DNA of 33,292 nt, from positions 1-33,292 of the forward strand of contig ML002409.1 of assembly GCA_003614675.1 (NCBI GenBank), given 5' to 3'. Positions within the stretch are counted from its first letter, which is position 1. Every line of letters starts with the position of its first letter. This document shows, piece after piece, positions 11,864 to 21,296 of the stretch. This DNA is from Dimargaris cristalligena (Eukaryota). Under the pieces are notes generated by a model that saw only the letters and a program-made list of their open reading frames with translations, did no database searches and was not told the origin of the DNA. A program made the translations under genes and the position numbers.

Positions 11864-11891
<28 letters not shown>
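11864..11891. repeat. (TA)14 microsatellite in the promoter region of paralogue 3
   Basis: Perfect TA dinucleotide run ~180 nt upstream of ATG 11684 (- strand). Confidence 0.95.
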
Positions 11892-11895
<4 letters not shown>

Positions 11896-13323
11896 GGACA
11901 ACATCTTTGAGGTGTCGGGGGAGGATGAAATTATCGAGCCATACGGGGCAATTGCTCAATTGGATAAATTGACTCTAAACATCAGCTATTTCTGCCCAAG
12001 AGCCTTGTATTATACGTAAAGGGCGTCCGACTCACCAGATTAACAAGGTGCGGCTACTAAGCTTACAATAGAGCAGCCAGCCCTTCATCAATAGTAGCTA
12101 CTTCGGCAACACAAGTGCTACTTTGGGGCCGTGCCCGATGGGCACAGTGGTGACTGTTGGAACATACGGTTTTACACAGGGCAATGCCGCTTAGGGCGTT
12201 CAACTACCTGTATCTAGCCGACGAGGACACACCCGCCATAATCGCCCATGGCGCTGTTGGCAAAACCTACAAAATTCGGGTGGCATGGTCGGTGAGCACA
12301 GTGGTCGCAGTTGGAATTCAGGATTTCACAGGGCGAGGCCACCTCCTGCCCTTATATACGTGCATGCCGCCGACGGTGGTTTTTGCCAAGGCTCCCTCGT
12401 ATTTGAGGTCGGTTGGTACGTGTGCATCGCTATTTAGGCGGTAATTAGAGAGGTTCGGGAGAATAGGAGGGACACGAAGAGGGCATGCGGTTTTTCTTAC
12501 CAATGACATAAAGCATGAACAAAATATAAAGGGGTGGGATGTCCATAAAAAGGAAGCGGCGAGCAGGCGGTCGCCCATAACCAAATGGCCGGAATAGAGA
12601 CCGCTATACTGGGAAAAATAGCCGAGCGGGATAAGGATGATATCACAGGAATGGCCGAGCCTAGACCCCACATCATGGCGATACGGACCAGGGCCGAAAA
12701 AGACAACGGACTGGCATTAACTGGATAACAATAATTGTGTAAATGGGATTCCCGCAACTCTATGAAGTTGAAAGCCCACCCTGCGGACTCTGGCCTGGGC
12801 TTAGAAGGATTCACTGCAATGCCCCCATTATATCATACACCGTTTGCGCTGAGCTTGCCAGGCAGGCATGGGCTGTAGCATCTCCACCCTTCACTACAGT
12901 GAAAGGGCATACATGGCGTTGCTTATCTAGGAGATTTCAAAGGCATAGCATTCCTTCACTAACGGCGATTAGATATGCCGGGCAGGGGGGAGATGTAGAA
13001 GTATGAAACAGGCCCTTGTCAGTTGACCAGCCCACTGAGCAACAAAATCCCATTAAATTTGACAAGCATATATATTAATGCCGCATTTATCCACCTCCCA
13101 GCACGTTGGAACTCCTCTTGCTTCTTATTGGTTTTGGCTGTTGATATTTGTATTGCGTTGATCAGCATTCGTCTCTGCTGTCTTTTCTCCTTAACCTGCC
13201 ATTTCCCTTCGTCACATGTACCATACATCTGCTCTTCGCCATCCAACAGCCAGCCCCGTCTCCCATTGTCGTGTCTTCAGTGTCAAATAGTTTTCTATAT
13301 ATCTCTAGGTACTTGCACAGCGC

Positions 13324-16300
13324 ATGCCCCGCTACTTGAGTCGAGCCGGAACTGGCATCGACGCCTTCCAGTCCGACCTTGCCCGTTTTGTGTCCATCGA
13401 TGACCGCCCCAATCTCACTCAAACTCAGCCTGCCCGCTCCGGTAGTTCTCGTCGGTCGCGCCGCCGGCAACGCTACCGTGACCAAACTACAACGGGTCCA
13501 CCTACCGCTCGCCTCCATCCTAACCCAGCAGCCGCCACAGGTGTCCAATCGTCTGGACCATCCTTCCCCCGCTTAACCGGCGAATCGGCCCATGCTCCTT
13601 TCACCGGAAAGTCCCGCCGTCAAAGCGACTCCTTTTTAACCTTGGCCAACCCATCGGCAACCGCCGCCCGGCTGGAGTCTCCCCTCCAGTCTCCGGTATT
13701 TTCGGCCATCCGCCGTCGGCATTCCAACACCAGCAGCCACAAGTCCTTTATAACCAGCCACCCCTCCGGAGGTACCCGTTCGTACCACCATCGGTTCTCG
13801 GGCCGGTCCCATGCGAGTCGACGCCGACTGTCGTCCGATGGGTCGAAACCCTCCTACCCCTTCTCAACTACTACCGGCGGCCCTCAGCCGGGCTCTCCCA
13901 ATTTACTTCCTACCTCACCGCGTGTACCCCTCCTAGGCGGCAACCCTGCTCGCCCATCCAATTACGGCGCCTTGCCATCGCCCGGCCAAGGGTTGGCGGA
14001 CCCAGTACCGATCGTGGCCCACAAACTGGGTACATTTGACGGAGTGTTCCTTCCCGTCTGTTCCTCAATCTGGGGCATTATCCTCTTCGTCCGAATGGGG
14101 TTCGCGGTTGGCCAGGCTGGTATCATTGGGACCGCCGGTATCTTCCTACTAAGCTATCTCATTACCATGCTGGCTTCGCTGTCAGTTTCGGCCATTTGCA
14201 CCAACGGCGTAGTTAAAGGGGGCGGCCCGTATTACATGATTTCCCGCTGCCTCGGCCCCGAATTCGGTGGTAGCATCGGCGTCGTCTTCGCCTTCGGCAC
14301 CCTTCTTTCCGGAGTGCTTAATGCCATCGCCTTCTCCGAACCTCTTGTGGCCAACTTTGGCCTCCACCACGGTGACCTGGTGAAATTAATCCCTGAGGGT
14401 TACTGGTACAGTTTCATGTATAACTCCATTGCGTTGTTCTTCTGTGCAATTGTATGCTTCCTCGGCGTTCAGCTCTTCGCCAAGGCCAATACTATCCTGA
14501 CCGGTATCGTGTTCTCGGCCACCTTTTCCACTTTAGTGTCGTTTGTCTTCAAGGCCCCGTTCTCAGCTCCGCACAAGCATGTGGAGTTTACGGGGTTCAG
14601 CTGGCAAACCTTCCAAGAAAATCTGTGGCCTCAATTCACGGCGACCGCCCCGGGACAACCCCCGGAGAGTTTTTTGACAGTATTTTCGATTCTTTTCCCT
14701 GCGTGTATCGGTATAATGGCCGGCGCTTCCATGTCGGGTGATCTGCGCAAGCCCAGCAAATCCATCCCGAAGGGGACGCTGGCCGGACTGGGAACCACAT
14801 TTACCGTCTACATACTGCTTATGCTCGGTCTAGGTGCCACCACCACCCGCAACTCCCTACTTCGCAACTACAACGTGCTCCAAGAAATCTCAATCTTCCC
14901 CCCAATTGTCGCCCTGGGCTCCCTCTCCACGGCCTTTACATCCACTCTAACCTGTATGATCCTGTCGTCCAAGATCCTCCAGGCCATTGCCCGCGACCAC
15001 ATTATTCCCTTCTTCAGCGCCTTCCGCTATGGGGCCCCCAAGACCGACGAGCCCCTCGTGGCCACATTTGTGAACTACCTCTTGTGCCAGATTTGTCTGC
15101 TGGCTGGCAATGTCAACGCCGTCGCCCCCTTCGTCACCATGTTCTACCTGCTGACCTTTGCCATCATCAACTTGGCCTGTTTCCTCCTCAAAATTAGCTC
15201 GGCTCCTAACTTCCGACCTTCGTTCCATTTCTTCAAGTGGTGGACCGCCTTCCTCGGCGTGGTCGTGAGCTTCGGGCTTATGGCGGTGGCGGACCCCTTG
15301 ATTGCGTCCTTATCCGTCCTGCTCATGTACCTCCTATTTATCATTATTCACTACACCGCTCCCCCCAAATCCTGGGGCGATGTGACCCAATCGCTCATCT
15401 ACCACCAGGTGCGCAAGTACCTCCTTCGGCTCGACTTGCGCAAGGACCACGTCAAATATTGGCGTCCGCAAATCCTATTGCTCGTTCATAACCCCCGGCG
15501 TATGTACCACCTCATCAAATTCTGCAATTCCCTTAAAAAGGGCGGGTTATTTATTCTGGGGCATATTCTGAAGGGCGATTTTCAATCCCATTTGCCCGAA
15601 CTCCGCCGTCAGCAGCAAGCCTGGCTGCGTTTCGTCGACGTGGCCCAAATTAAGGCATTCGTCGATCTCACCATCGCCGATTCGGAATGTACCGGGGTTC
15701 GGAATCTTATTCTGGCCTCGGGACTGGGAGGGATGCGGCCCAATCTAGTGATTATGGGCCTATACGACCTGAGTGGGTACCGTTACCGGCTGCGCTACCA
15801 CCGGGAGGAGGACTCAGACTCGACCTTTTCCGACGACTCCTACGATTCGGACCTTGACTCAATGGACCTGCCCACCGACCAAATCGAGCTTGAGACATCA
15901 ATGACCGTACAGGACTACGTTTGCATCATCGAAGACCTCCTGGTCATCAAAAAAGCTGTGGCCCTGTCCTACGGGTTCACCCGCCTGCACAAGACTTGCC
16001 CTTCGCCCTGCAATTCTTCAAATAGTCGTTGGTGGTCCCCCTTCAGCGACCACCCGGGCAAGAAATACATTGACCTTTGGCCGATCCAAATGTCCGTTGA
16101 GCATCCCACCTATGCTGCTCCGGACGACCCGTTGGCCGATGTGGGTCCGGCAGGCCACCGCACCTACACCACCAATTTTGATTCGTACGCCTTGGTCCTT
16201 CAATTGGGTACGATTTTACACATGGTACCCTACTGGCACGACCACTTTGTGCTCCGGGTTATGTGCTTTGTTGAACATGCCGCCGACGTTAAGGAAGAAT

Positions 16301-17565
16301 ACCGGCGGGTTAAGTCCCTACTTGAAACCCTCCGCATTGACGCCGAACTGAAGGTTCTTTATCTGGACTGTGGTCAAGTGGCAACCTACGATTTGATCGT
16401 CCAGGGTGACTCGAGCCATGTTGAGGCCCACGCTCTGGAGGAACTGTACTGCGCCTTGGACCACCAGCCAATGGAACCCGGTCATGCAACTGCACTCCCC
16501 CTCCCGGAACCGCTGCCGGGTATTTTGGCCACCCAGAACGGTCTCTCCCCAACGTCCGAGGCTGTCACCACCGCCCTTCCGGCTACGTCCGCCATTGACC
16601 CCATTACTCTGTCGCCGGATACTACAGCGGACCTTCCGGCCCCCCGGGTGGTTTTCGGCATCCCTAACCATGACCCCGGTCGACCTACGCCGGCCGCTAC
16701 CCAACTGCTTCCCCTGAGTAGTAGCGAAGCGGTGCTGCAAATCCAACGCCAGGCGGCGCCCCAAATGGCCCTGTCCGGCTCGATGCGTATGAACATTTCG
16801 CTACCCCCCGCCGCGCCCGACCTCGACAGCGAACCGTCGTACAGTGGTAGTGAAACCAGCAGTGATGCCGACGACTACCACTTCCTCTACGAGCGCTTCG
16901 AGGGTCGTCTGGCCGACCGGACTTATCCCACTGATTGGAATACTGCCCTGGAGTTACCGCAGTTCCCGTCCAATCACCCGGCGGTCTCGCCTGGTATGTT
17001 CCACACTAATGTAGATATACCGGAAGTTGAAGGACTGTCCTCCGGGTCCAGTTCGACCCAACCCCTATGCCCTTCAGATACTACGTCGCTACCCAATGGC
17101 CCGGTGCTCTATTCGCAAGTCTCGTTGATCCAGCCGGTCCGTAGCCCCGAGATCGACTGTACCCTCCCTCCACATGGTGACGAGCGGTCGATCCACTCGG
17201 CACCGGGCAACTTAACCGCAGGAGCCAACGAAGGCGAACCATCATCGGATAACGCCCGCCCCTACAACCGGGAAGGTGGAGTGATTCCTTTCGCTGGACC
17301 ACCACTAGCCTCGCCCACTCGCCAGCGCCTGGAATTCAACGATCTTACCAGCCGGGCGCAAAATATCATTCTCAACAACTTGATTCAGCTACATTCCAAG
17401 GAAACCGCCGTTATTTTTACAACGCTACCCACCCCTGATAAGGGAACGCACTTGAGTGAAGAGAAATCCGTGGGCTACATTGAAGATATCGAATTGTTGG
17501 TCAATGGGCTGCCCCCCACCATGTTAATCCATGCAGCCTCGCTGACCGTGACTACCGCGCTATAG
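13324..17565 (+). CDS. VHC1: Cation-chloride cotransporter (SLC12 / amino-acid-permease superfamily), fungal vacuolar Vhc1-like, 1413 aa, intronless
   Basis: SLC12 motifs KLGTFDGVF, GGGPYYMISRCLGPEFGGSIG, FPACIGIMAGASMSGDLRKPSKSIPKGT, NFRPSF, KYWRPQILLL and GLGGMRPN. About 12 hydrophobic segments; C-terminal TVTTAL typical of fungal Vhc1. Confidence 0.92.
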   Translation: MPRYLSRAGTGIDAFQSDLARFVSIDDRPNLTQTQPARSGSSRRSRRRQRYRDQTTTGPPTARLHPNPAAATGVQSSGPSFPRLTGESAHAPFTGKSRRQSDSFLTLANPSATAARLESPLQSPVFSAIRRRHSNTSSHKSFITSHPSGGTRSYHHRFSGRSHASRRRLSSDGSKPSYPFSTTTGGPQPGSPNLLPTSPRVPLLGGNPARPSNYGALPSPGQGLADPVPIVAHKLGTFDGVFLPVCSSIWGIILFVRMGFAVGQAGIIGTAGIFLLSYLITMLASLSVSAICTNGVVKGGGPYYMISRCLGPEFGGSIGVVFAFGTLLSGVLNAIAFSEPLVANFGLHHGDLVKLIPEGYWYSFMYNSIALFFCAIVCFLGVQLFAKANTILTGIVFSATFSTLVSFVFKAPFSAPHKHVEFTGFSWQTFQENLWPQFTATAPGQPPESFLTVFSILFPACIGIMAGASMSGDLRKPSKSIPKGTLAGLGTTFTVYILLMLGLGATTTRNSLLRNYNVLQEISIFPPIVALGSLSTAFTSTLTCMILSSKILQAIARDHIIPFFSAFRYGAPKTDEPLVATFVNYLLCQICLLAGNVNAVAPFVTMFYLLTFAIINLACFLLKISSAPNFRPSFHFFKWWTAFLGVVVSFGLMAVADPLIASLSVLLMYLLFIIIHYTAPPKSWGDVTQSLIYHQVRKYLLRLDLRKDHVKYWRPQILLLVHNPRRMYHLIKFCNSLKKGGLFILGHILKGDFQSHLPELRRQQQAWLRFVDVAQIKAFVDLTIADSECTGVRNLILASGLGGMRPNLVIMGLYDLSGYRYRLRYHREEDSDSTFSDDSYDSDLDSMDLPTDQIELETSMTVQDYVCIIEDLLVIKKAVALSYGFTRLHKTCPSPCNSSNSRWWSPFSDHPGKKYIDLWPIQMSVEHPTYAAPDDPLADVGPAGHRTYTTNFDSYALVLQLGTILHMVPYWHDHFVLRVMCFVEHAADVKEEYRRVKSLLETLRIDAELKVLYLDCGQVATYDLIVQGDSSHVEAHALEELYCALDHQPMEPGHATALPLPEPLPGILATQNGLSPTSEAVTTALPATSAIDPITLSPDTTADLPAPRVVFGIPNHDPGRPTPAATQLLPLSSSEAVLQIQRQAAPQMALSGSMRMNISLPPAAPDLDSEPSYSGSETSSDADDYHFLYERFEGRLADRTYPTDWNTALELPQFPSNHPAVSPGMFHTNVDIPEVEGLSSGSSSTQPLCPSDTTSLPNGPVLYSQVSLIQPVRSPEIDCTLPPHGDERSIHSAPGNLTAGANEGEPSSDNARPYNREGGVIPFAGPPLASPTRQRLEFNDLTSRAQNIILNNLIQLHSKETAVIFTTLPTPDKGTHLSEEKSVGYIEDIELLVNGLPPTMLIHAASLTVTTAL

Positions 17566-17918
17566 GTAAATCTGGAAATATAAAAGCTATCTGGGTTCAC
17601 GCGATGGTGCTCTATTGATTATTTAAAATGTATTAGCTTCTTTAATTTTTCTCATTCACTCGGTATATCCGTTTGTTTTATTAAATAAATACTATAATAA
17701 TTAAATATACGGGAAATTCGACCCCACCTTGGGTGATATTGATTGAAATAATTGAATTTACCCAGCATTGGCAGTCTTGGTCAGCCTTGCTGCCAATCGT
17801 AATAAAAAGAAAACCCTTCAACTTAGTAATAGCATGGGAGTCTCCTGTTCGGCCCACTGGTATTTGAAGTGGCATAGGCAACTTAGGGGCTAGTTTGGAT
17901 GGTGTTGACTGAGACTTA

Positions 17919-18929
17919 TTAGACGGCGGCAGTGCGACGGTTCTCAGAATATTCGTAAGTCTGGCCTATGTCGAGCGGAGGGGTGTTGTATTGCTCACCC
18001 TGGACCGTGGAGCGTTCAGGGTAGGCGTAGGGATTACTCGAGGCTCCGCTAGCGCTATTCAATAGCTGGTTTGGGCTGGAAAGATGAGCATCGTACTGTT
18101 GAGCACGGGGGGGCGAGGGGGCGGTGTAGGAATTGGAGAGGTCATTGGTAGACGACAGGTCTTGGCCAGTGGGGAAGTTAAAACCGCCGGGATTACCTTG
18201 GGTAGCCAACGCCAGGGCAGAGGGCGCTGCATCGGATCGATTGGGATTGCCGCCGAGTCTCGGCATCGTACCATTATCGACGGAAACGTCCACTGGTATA
18301 TTGGCGGCGTTAGGTGGTGACCCGAGGGTGCTACCATAGCAGTCCTGCAACCAAATCTTGGCCTCCTGGTCCACGGGATCTTGGAGGTCAAGGATTAAAT
18401 AGCGAGTTGGGGACTTATTATTGGACGATTTATCATAGGCATTATTATAAGGCACTTCGCTGTGGGTTTGCACAAGCGACGGACGAATACCGTTGGCCGT
18501 GATAAACAGGGCGTAGCTCTCCATGCCAGGATCGATACTAGGTGTCGCGGCCAACCCATCATTAGTTTTGCCCTTGTAAGCATTATAAAAGGCGGATTGG
18601 AGCTTCTTAAAAGCATTCAGTTCATTCTCGGTGAAGAGCTTGTCTTTCTTGGTGAATATCGGGAGATTCTTTCTACCTTTTCGCAAGTCACTTTCATGAG
18701 CTGAAATAATTATTTTACGCTCAACGGCACGGTATTTGGCACTCAAGCCCTTGTTGGTGACATTCTGGAAAGCCGCGCAATAGGGGTGGAGCTCCTCGAC
18801 AGGAACCTGTTCCTCGATAGCGTTGTTGGTCTTGGAGTTGCCCAACCAAGAGACGGGAGTGGCCGAAACGGTGGACACACATACACCGGTGGCAGCGACC
18901 ACGGCGATAGCAGCGATGTTGACCTTCAT
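17919..18929 (-). CDS. Secreted 'PYC-NGIRP-YLILD' family paralogue 2 (336 aa)
   Basis: MKVNIAAIAVVAATGVCVSTVSA|TP signal peptide, nearly identical to paralogue 1. HPYCAAF, NKGLSAKYRA, AYKGKTN, TANGIRPSLV, PTRYLILD and WLQDCYG are shared; P/N/Q-rich tail. Confidence 0.85.
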   Translation of the reverse strand: MKVNIAAIAVVAATGVCVSTVSATPVSWLGNSKTNNAIEEQVPVEELHPYCAAFQNVTNKGLSAKYRAVERKIIISAHESDLRKGRKNLPIFTKKDKLFTENELNAFKKLQSAFYNAYKGKTNDGLAATPSIDPGMESYALFITANGIRPSLVQTHSEVPYNNAYDKSSNNKSPTRYLILDLQDPVDQEAKIWLQDCYGSTLGSPPNAANIPVDVSVDNGTMPRLGGNPNRSDAAPSALALATQGNPGGFNFPTGQDLSSTNDLSNSYTAPSPPRAQQYDAHLSSPNQLLNSASGASSNPYAYPERSTVQGEQYNTPPLDIGQTYEYSENRRTAAV

Positions 18930-19178
18930 AATAGAGAAACTAGCAGGGTATCGATGGGCGGGGGAGGGGGATAGACCGAAGAGAAAAGCTTGGGGTGAGC
19001 GATATGTCGTACGTGTCAAATGGCTAAGAGCGGTGCGATGAACAAACGTAAGCACAAGAGCGTAGGTGAACAACTGCTAACCTAAAATAGGTAAGTGGAA
19101 TCAGAGGGGGAAGGCAAAATAAAGCTACTTTGCCTGGGTAAGGTGTAGATAAGTGCCTTAGAGGGTTCTTCGCCCACC

Positions 19179-19186
19179 TATTTATA
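19179..19186 (-). promoter_or_regulatory. Probable TATA box of secreted paralogue 2
   Basis: TATAAATA on the - strand, in the same conserved context as 2049..2056. Confidence 0.6.
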
Positions 19187-20194
19187 TCTGCGTGGCCCAG
19201 GCTGATTCTATTGCTATACACCTCCCCTCCCTTCTTTCGTTTTCGAAATATCCGACTCTTTTCTCAAGCGCCAACTATTCGTTCGACGCAGCCATTGGCG
19301 GGGGGGTCCTTTCAATAAGCGACCTGCCTTGCCGACTTTCCTTGTCCCGGTCGTCGGCTATTTTAATATACTGGAAAAATGTCAATACAATTGAAGATAG
19401 CTGGACGAATCCACCCGAACCGGATATAATTAAGGTTGAACCCCGAGTGAGTGACCCTTGACCTTTAGCACAATAGACGAAAATTCTTAATTGAACGTGA
19501 GCGTCTCCCTGCGACAAAAGGGAGTCGGCCCCCCAGCCACAACTCGAGTCCTGCCCTAGTCTACTCCTAACTCCTCATTCGCCGAAAAGTAATCGCACTA
19601 CACCGTGCACTCTAGCGGGGGGAAATATTTAACGGAATAGCAGGACGCCTAAATGGGGCCATCACTACGCCACTCTAAAGTGAACAGCCCGATTAGACGG
19701 CACTGAATACATGTTTCTTCCACTTTTCCAGTATCGTGGGGCTGCCAATGCCCAATTTTATACAGTCTCCACCTCCCTGAAGCCGATACATATGTCTTTA
19801 CCTACCAATGTATAGTAGCGGGTTTCTATCAGAGCGGTTATTACCTCAGATTGGATTTGTTTACAAATGGTGAAAAAGGTCGACGGATATTCCGTCGGGC
19901 TGTGGGGTATAGGAAAAGCAAAGTCAGGCAGTCTACCAATGCGTATACGGATAGTTGGGGCCTTATCTCTACTATGTTGAATGAGACCGACAGTTAAGGG
20001 TCAGCCAAGTAGGTGTAATGGCCCAATGTCGAACTAAGGGGCTCAACTAATTTCCGGATGGAATAGTTCAAGTGCTTACTACCATCCACACTGTAAAAAA
20101 TCATAATATACCTCGACTTTCTTGCTATTGGTTTAAATGTGGATATCATTGAATGCAAAGCCATTGTCCTAAGGATTCATGAACAGATGCATTG

Positions 20195-21294
20195 GAGGCC
20201 AATAGTAGCCAAGTCTTCACCAGCATCGCCATACTTCACCCCTTTTACGGTCCGAAATCGGGAGTCGGCTAGTGAAAAAATAATTCAACTGCGCCCTTTC
20301 TGTCCTAGTTACCGCTTAAATTATTAACCTTGCTACCTAGCTCCCTCCCCTGACTGGAATCCCCCTCCTTCGAAACAGCGGCTCTACAAAGAGGAACTAT
20401 GTCCTAAATGGGTCCTCGCCGATCATTTCATGAACTTCAGAATTCTATTCAAACTTTCCAAAAAAAGGCATCGAGAAGGTTAGGTGGCTCTGGCTTACAG
20501 GAGCTAGGCCTAGTAATGCGGAAAATAGATTAGGAATCCATCTTGGGATATTTCAAGCTCGACGAGGCAATTCCCCAGCCTACTGGAAAAGAATTGCCCA
20601 AAGGGGTAGACAGGCGGGACTCTGGGTTACTTTAGCCTATGGCTAATGGTCGAGATAGTTGACGAGGTGGGGAGAACGTGATGTTAATAATGCTATGAGA
20701 GATTGGTGGCAAATAATATAGGGACTTACTAAGGGATTTCCCCATGAATTGCCAACAACGCTCTTTTTTTCATAGATTCCCAAGGACTTTCTTACGCTTA
20801 TATGGATAGTGAAATGCTATTGATGGTGAGTAAAAGGGGTATATATATTAAAAATAAAATATGTATAAGTTGGCAATAAGTCAATGGTGGGGAAATATAC
20901 TGGTGTATCAAATTTCTGGCCATAATAAGTTGCCAAATAAATGTTAACCCGAATTTAGTAAGCTAATTTTGAAAAATAGGAAACAGATGGTGGCGAGAAT
21001 GGGCATTATCCCCTAGTAGTCAACTATGGCCAGCCAGTCAGGCTGTACATTACTCACCTAGTTACTGTCAGGAAATTGCTTAACCTTCCTGACACACATT
21101 TTATATTATAGTGCCATTGGGGATGAGATTAGTAGGGCATTTGCAATGGTGGCTCTATATGAAAGAGGGACTGGATAGTTTATATTGGACATTGCTGTTG
21201 ATGACAGGCATAAATGGTATTCATAGGAGGGTTAATATATCTCACAAATTGGTACTATTTATACATCCAGTTACCCTACATATTTCTTTTTTTA
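20195..21294 (+). repeat. Duplicated block A, copy 2
   Basis: Direct-orientation homologue of 1..1097; ends at the mariner left TIR. Confidence 0.92.
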
Positions 21295-21296
21295 TG

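Larger units (their letters stand above)
17760..20064 (-). repeat. Duplicated block B, copy 2 (inverted relative to 1178..3530)
   Basis: The reverse complement aligns collinearly with 1178..3530 across the upstream region, CDS and 3' flank. Confidence 0.92.

Noticed and set aside
13162-17305. Numerous short ORFs overlapping VHC1 (similarly within GPI7, RAD1 and the paralogues)
   Set aside because: Antisense or alternative-frame shadows of GC-rich coding sequence with no independent support.
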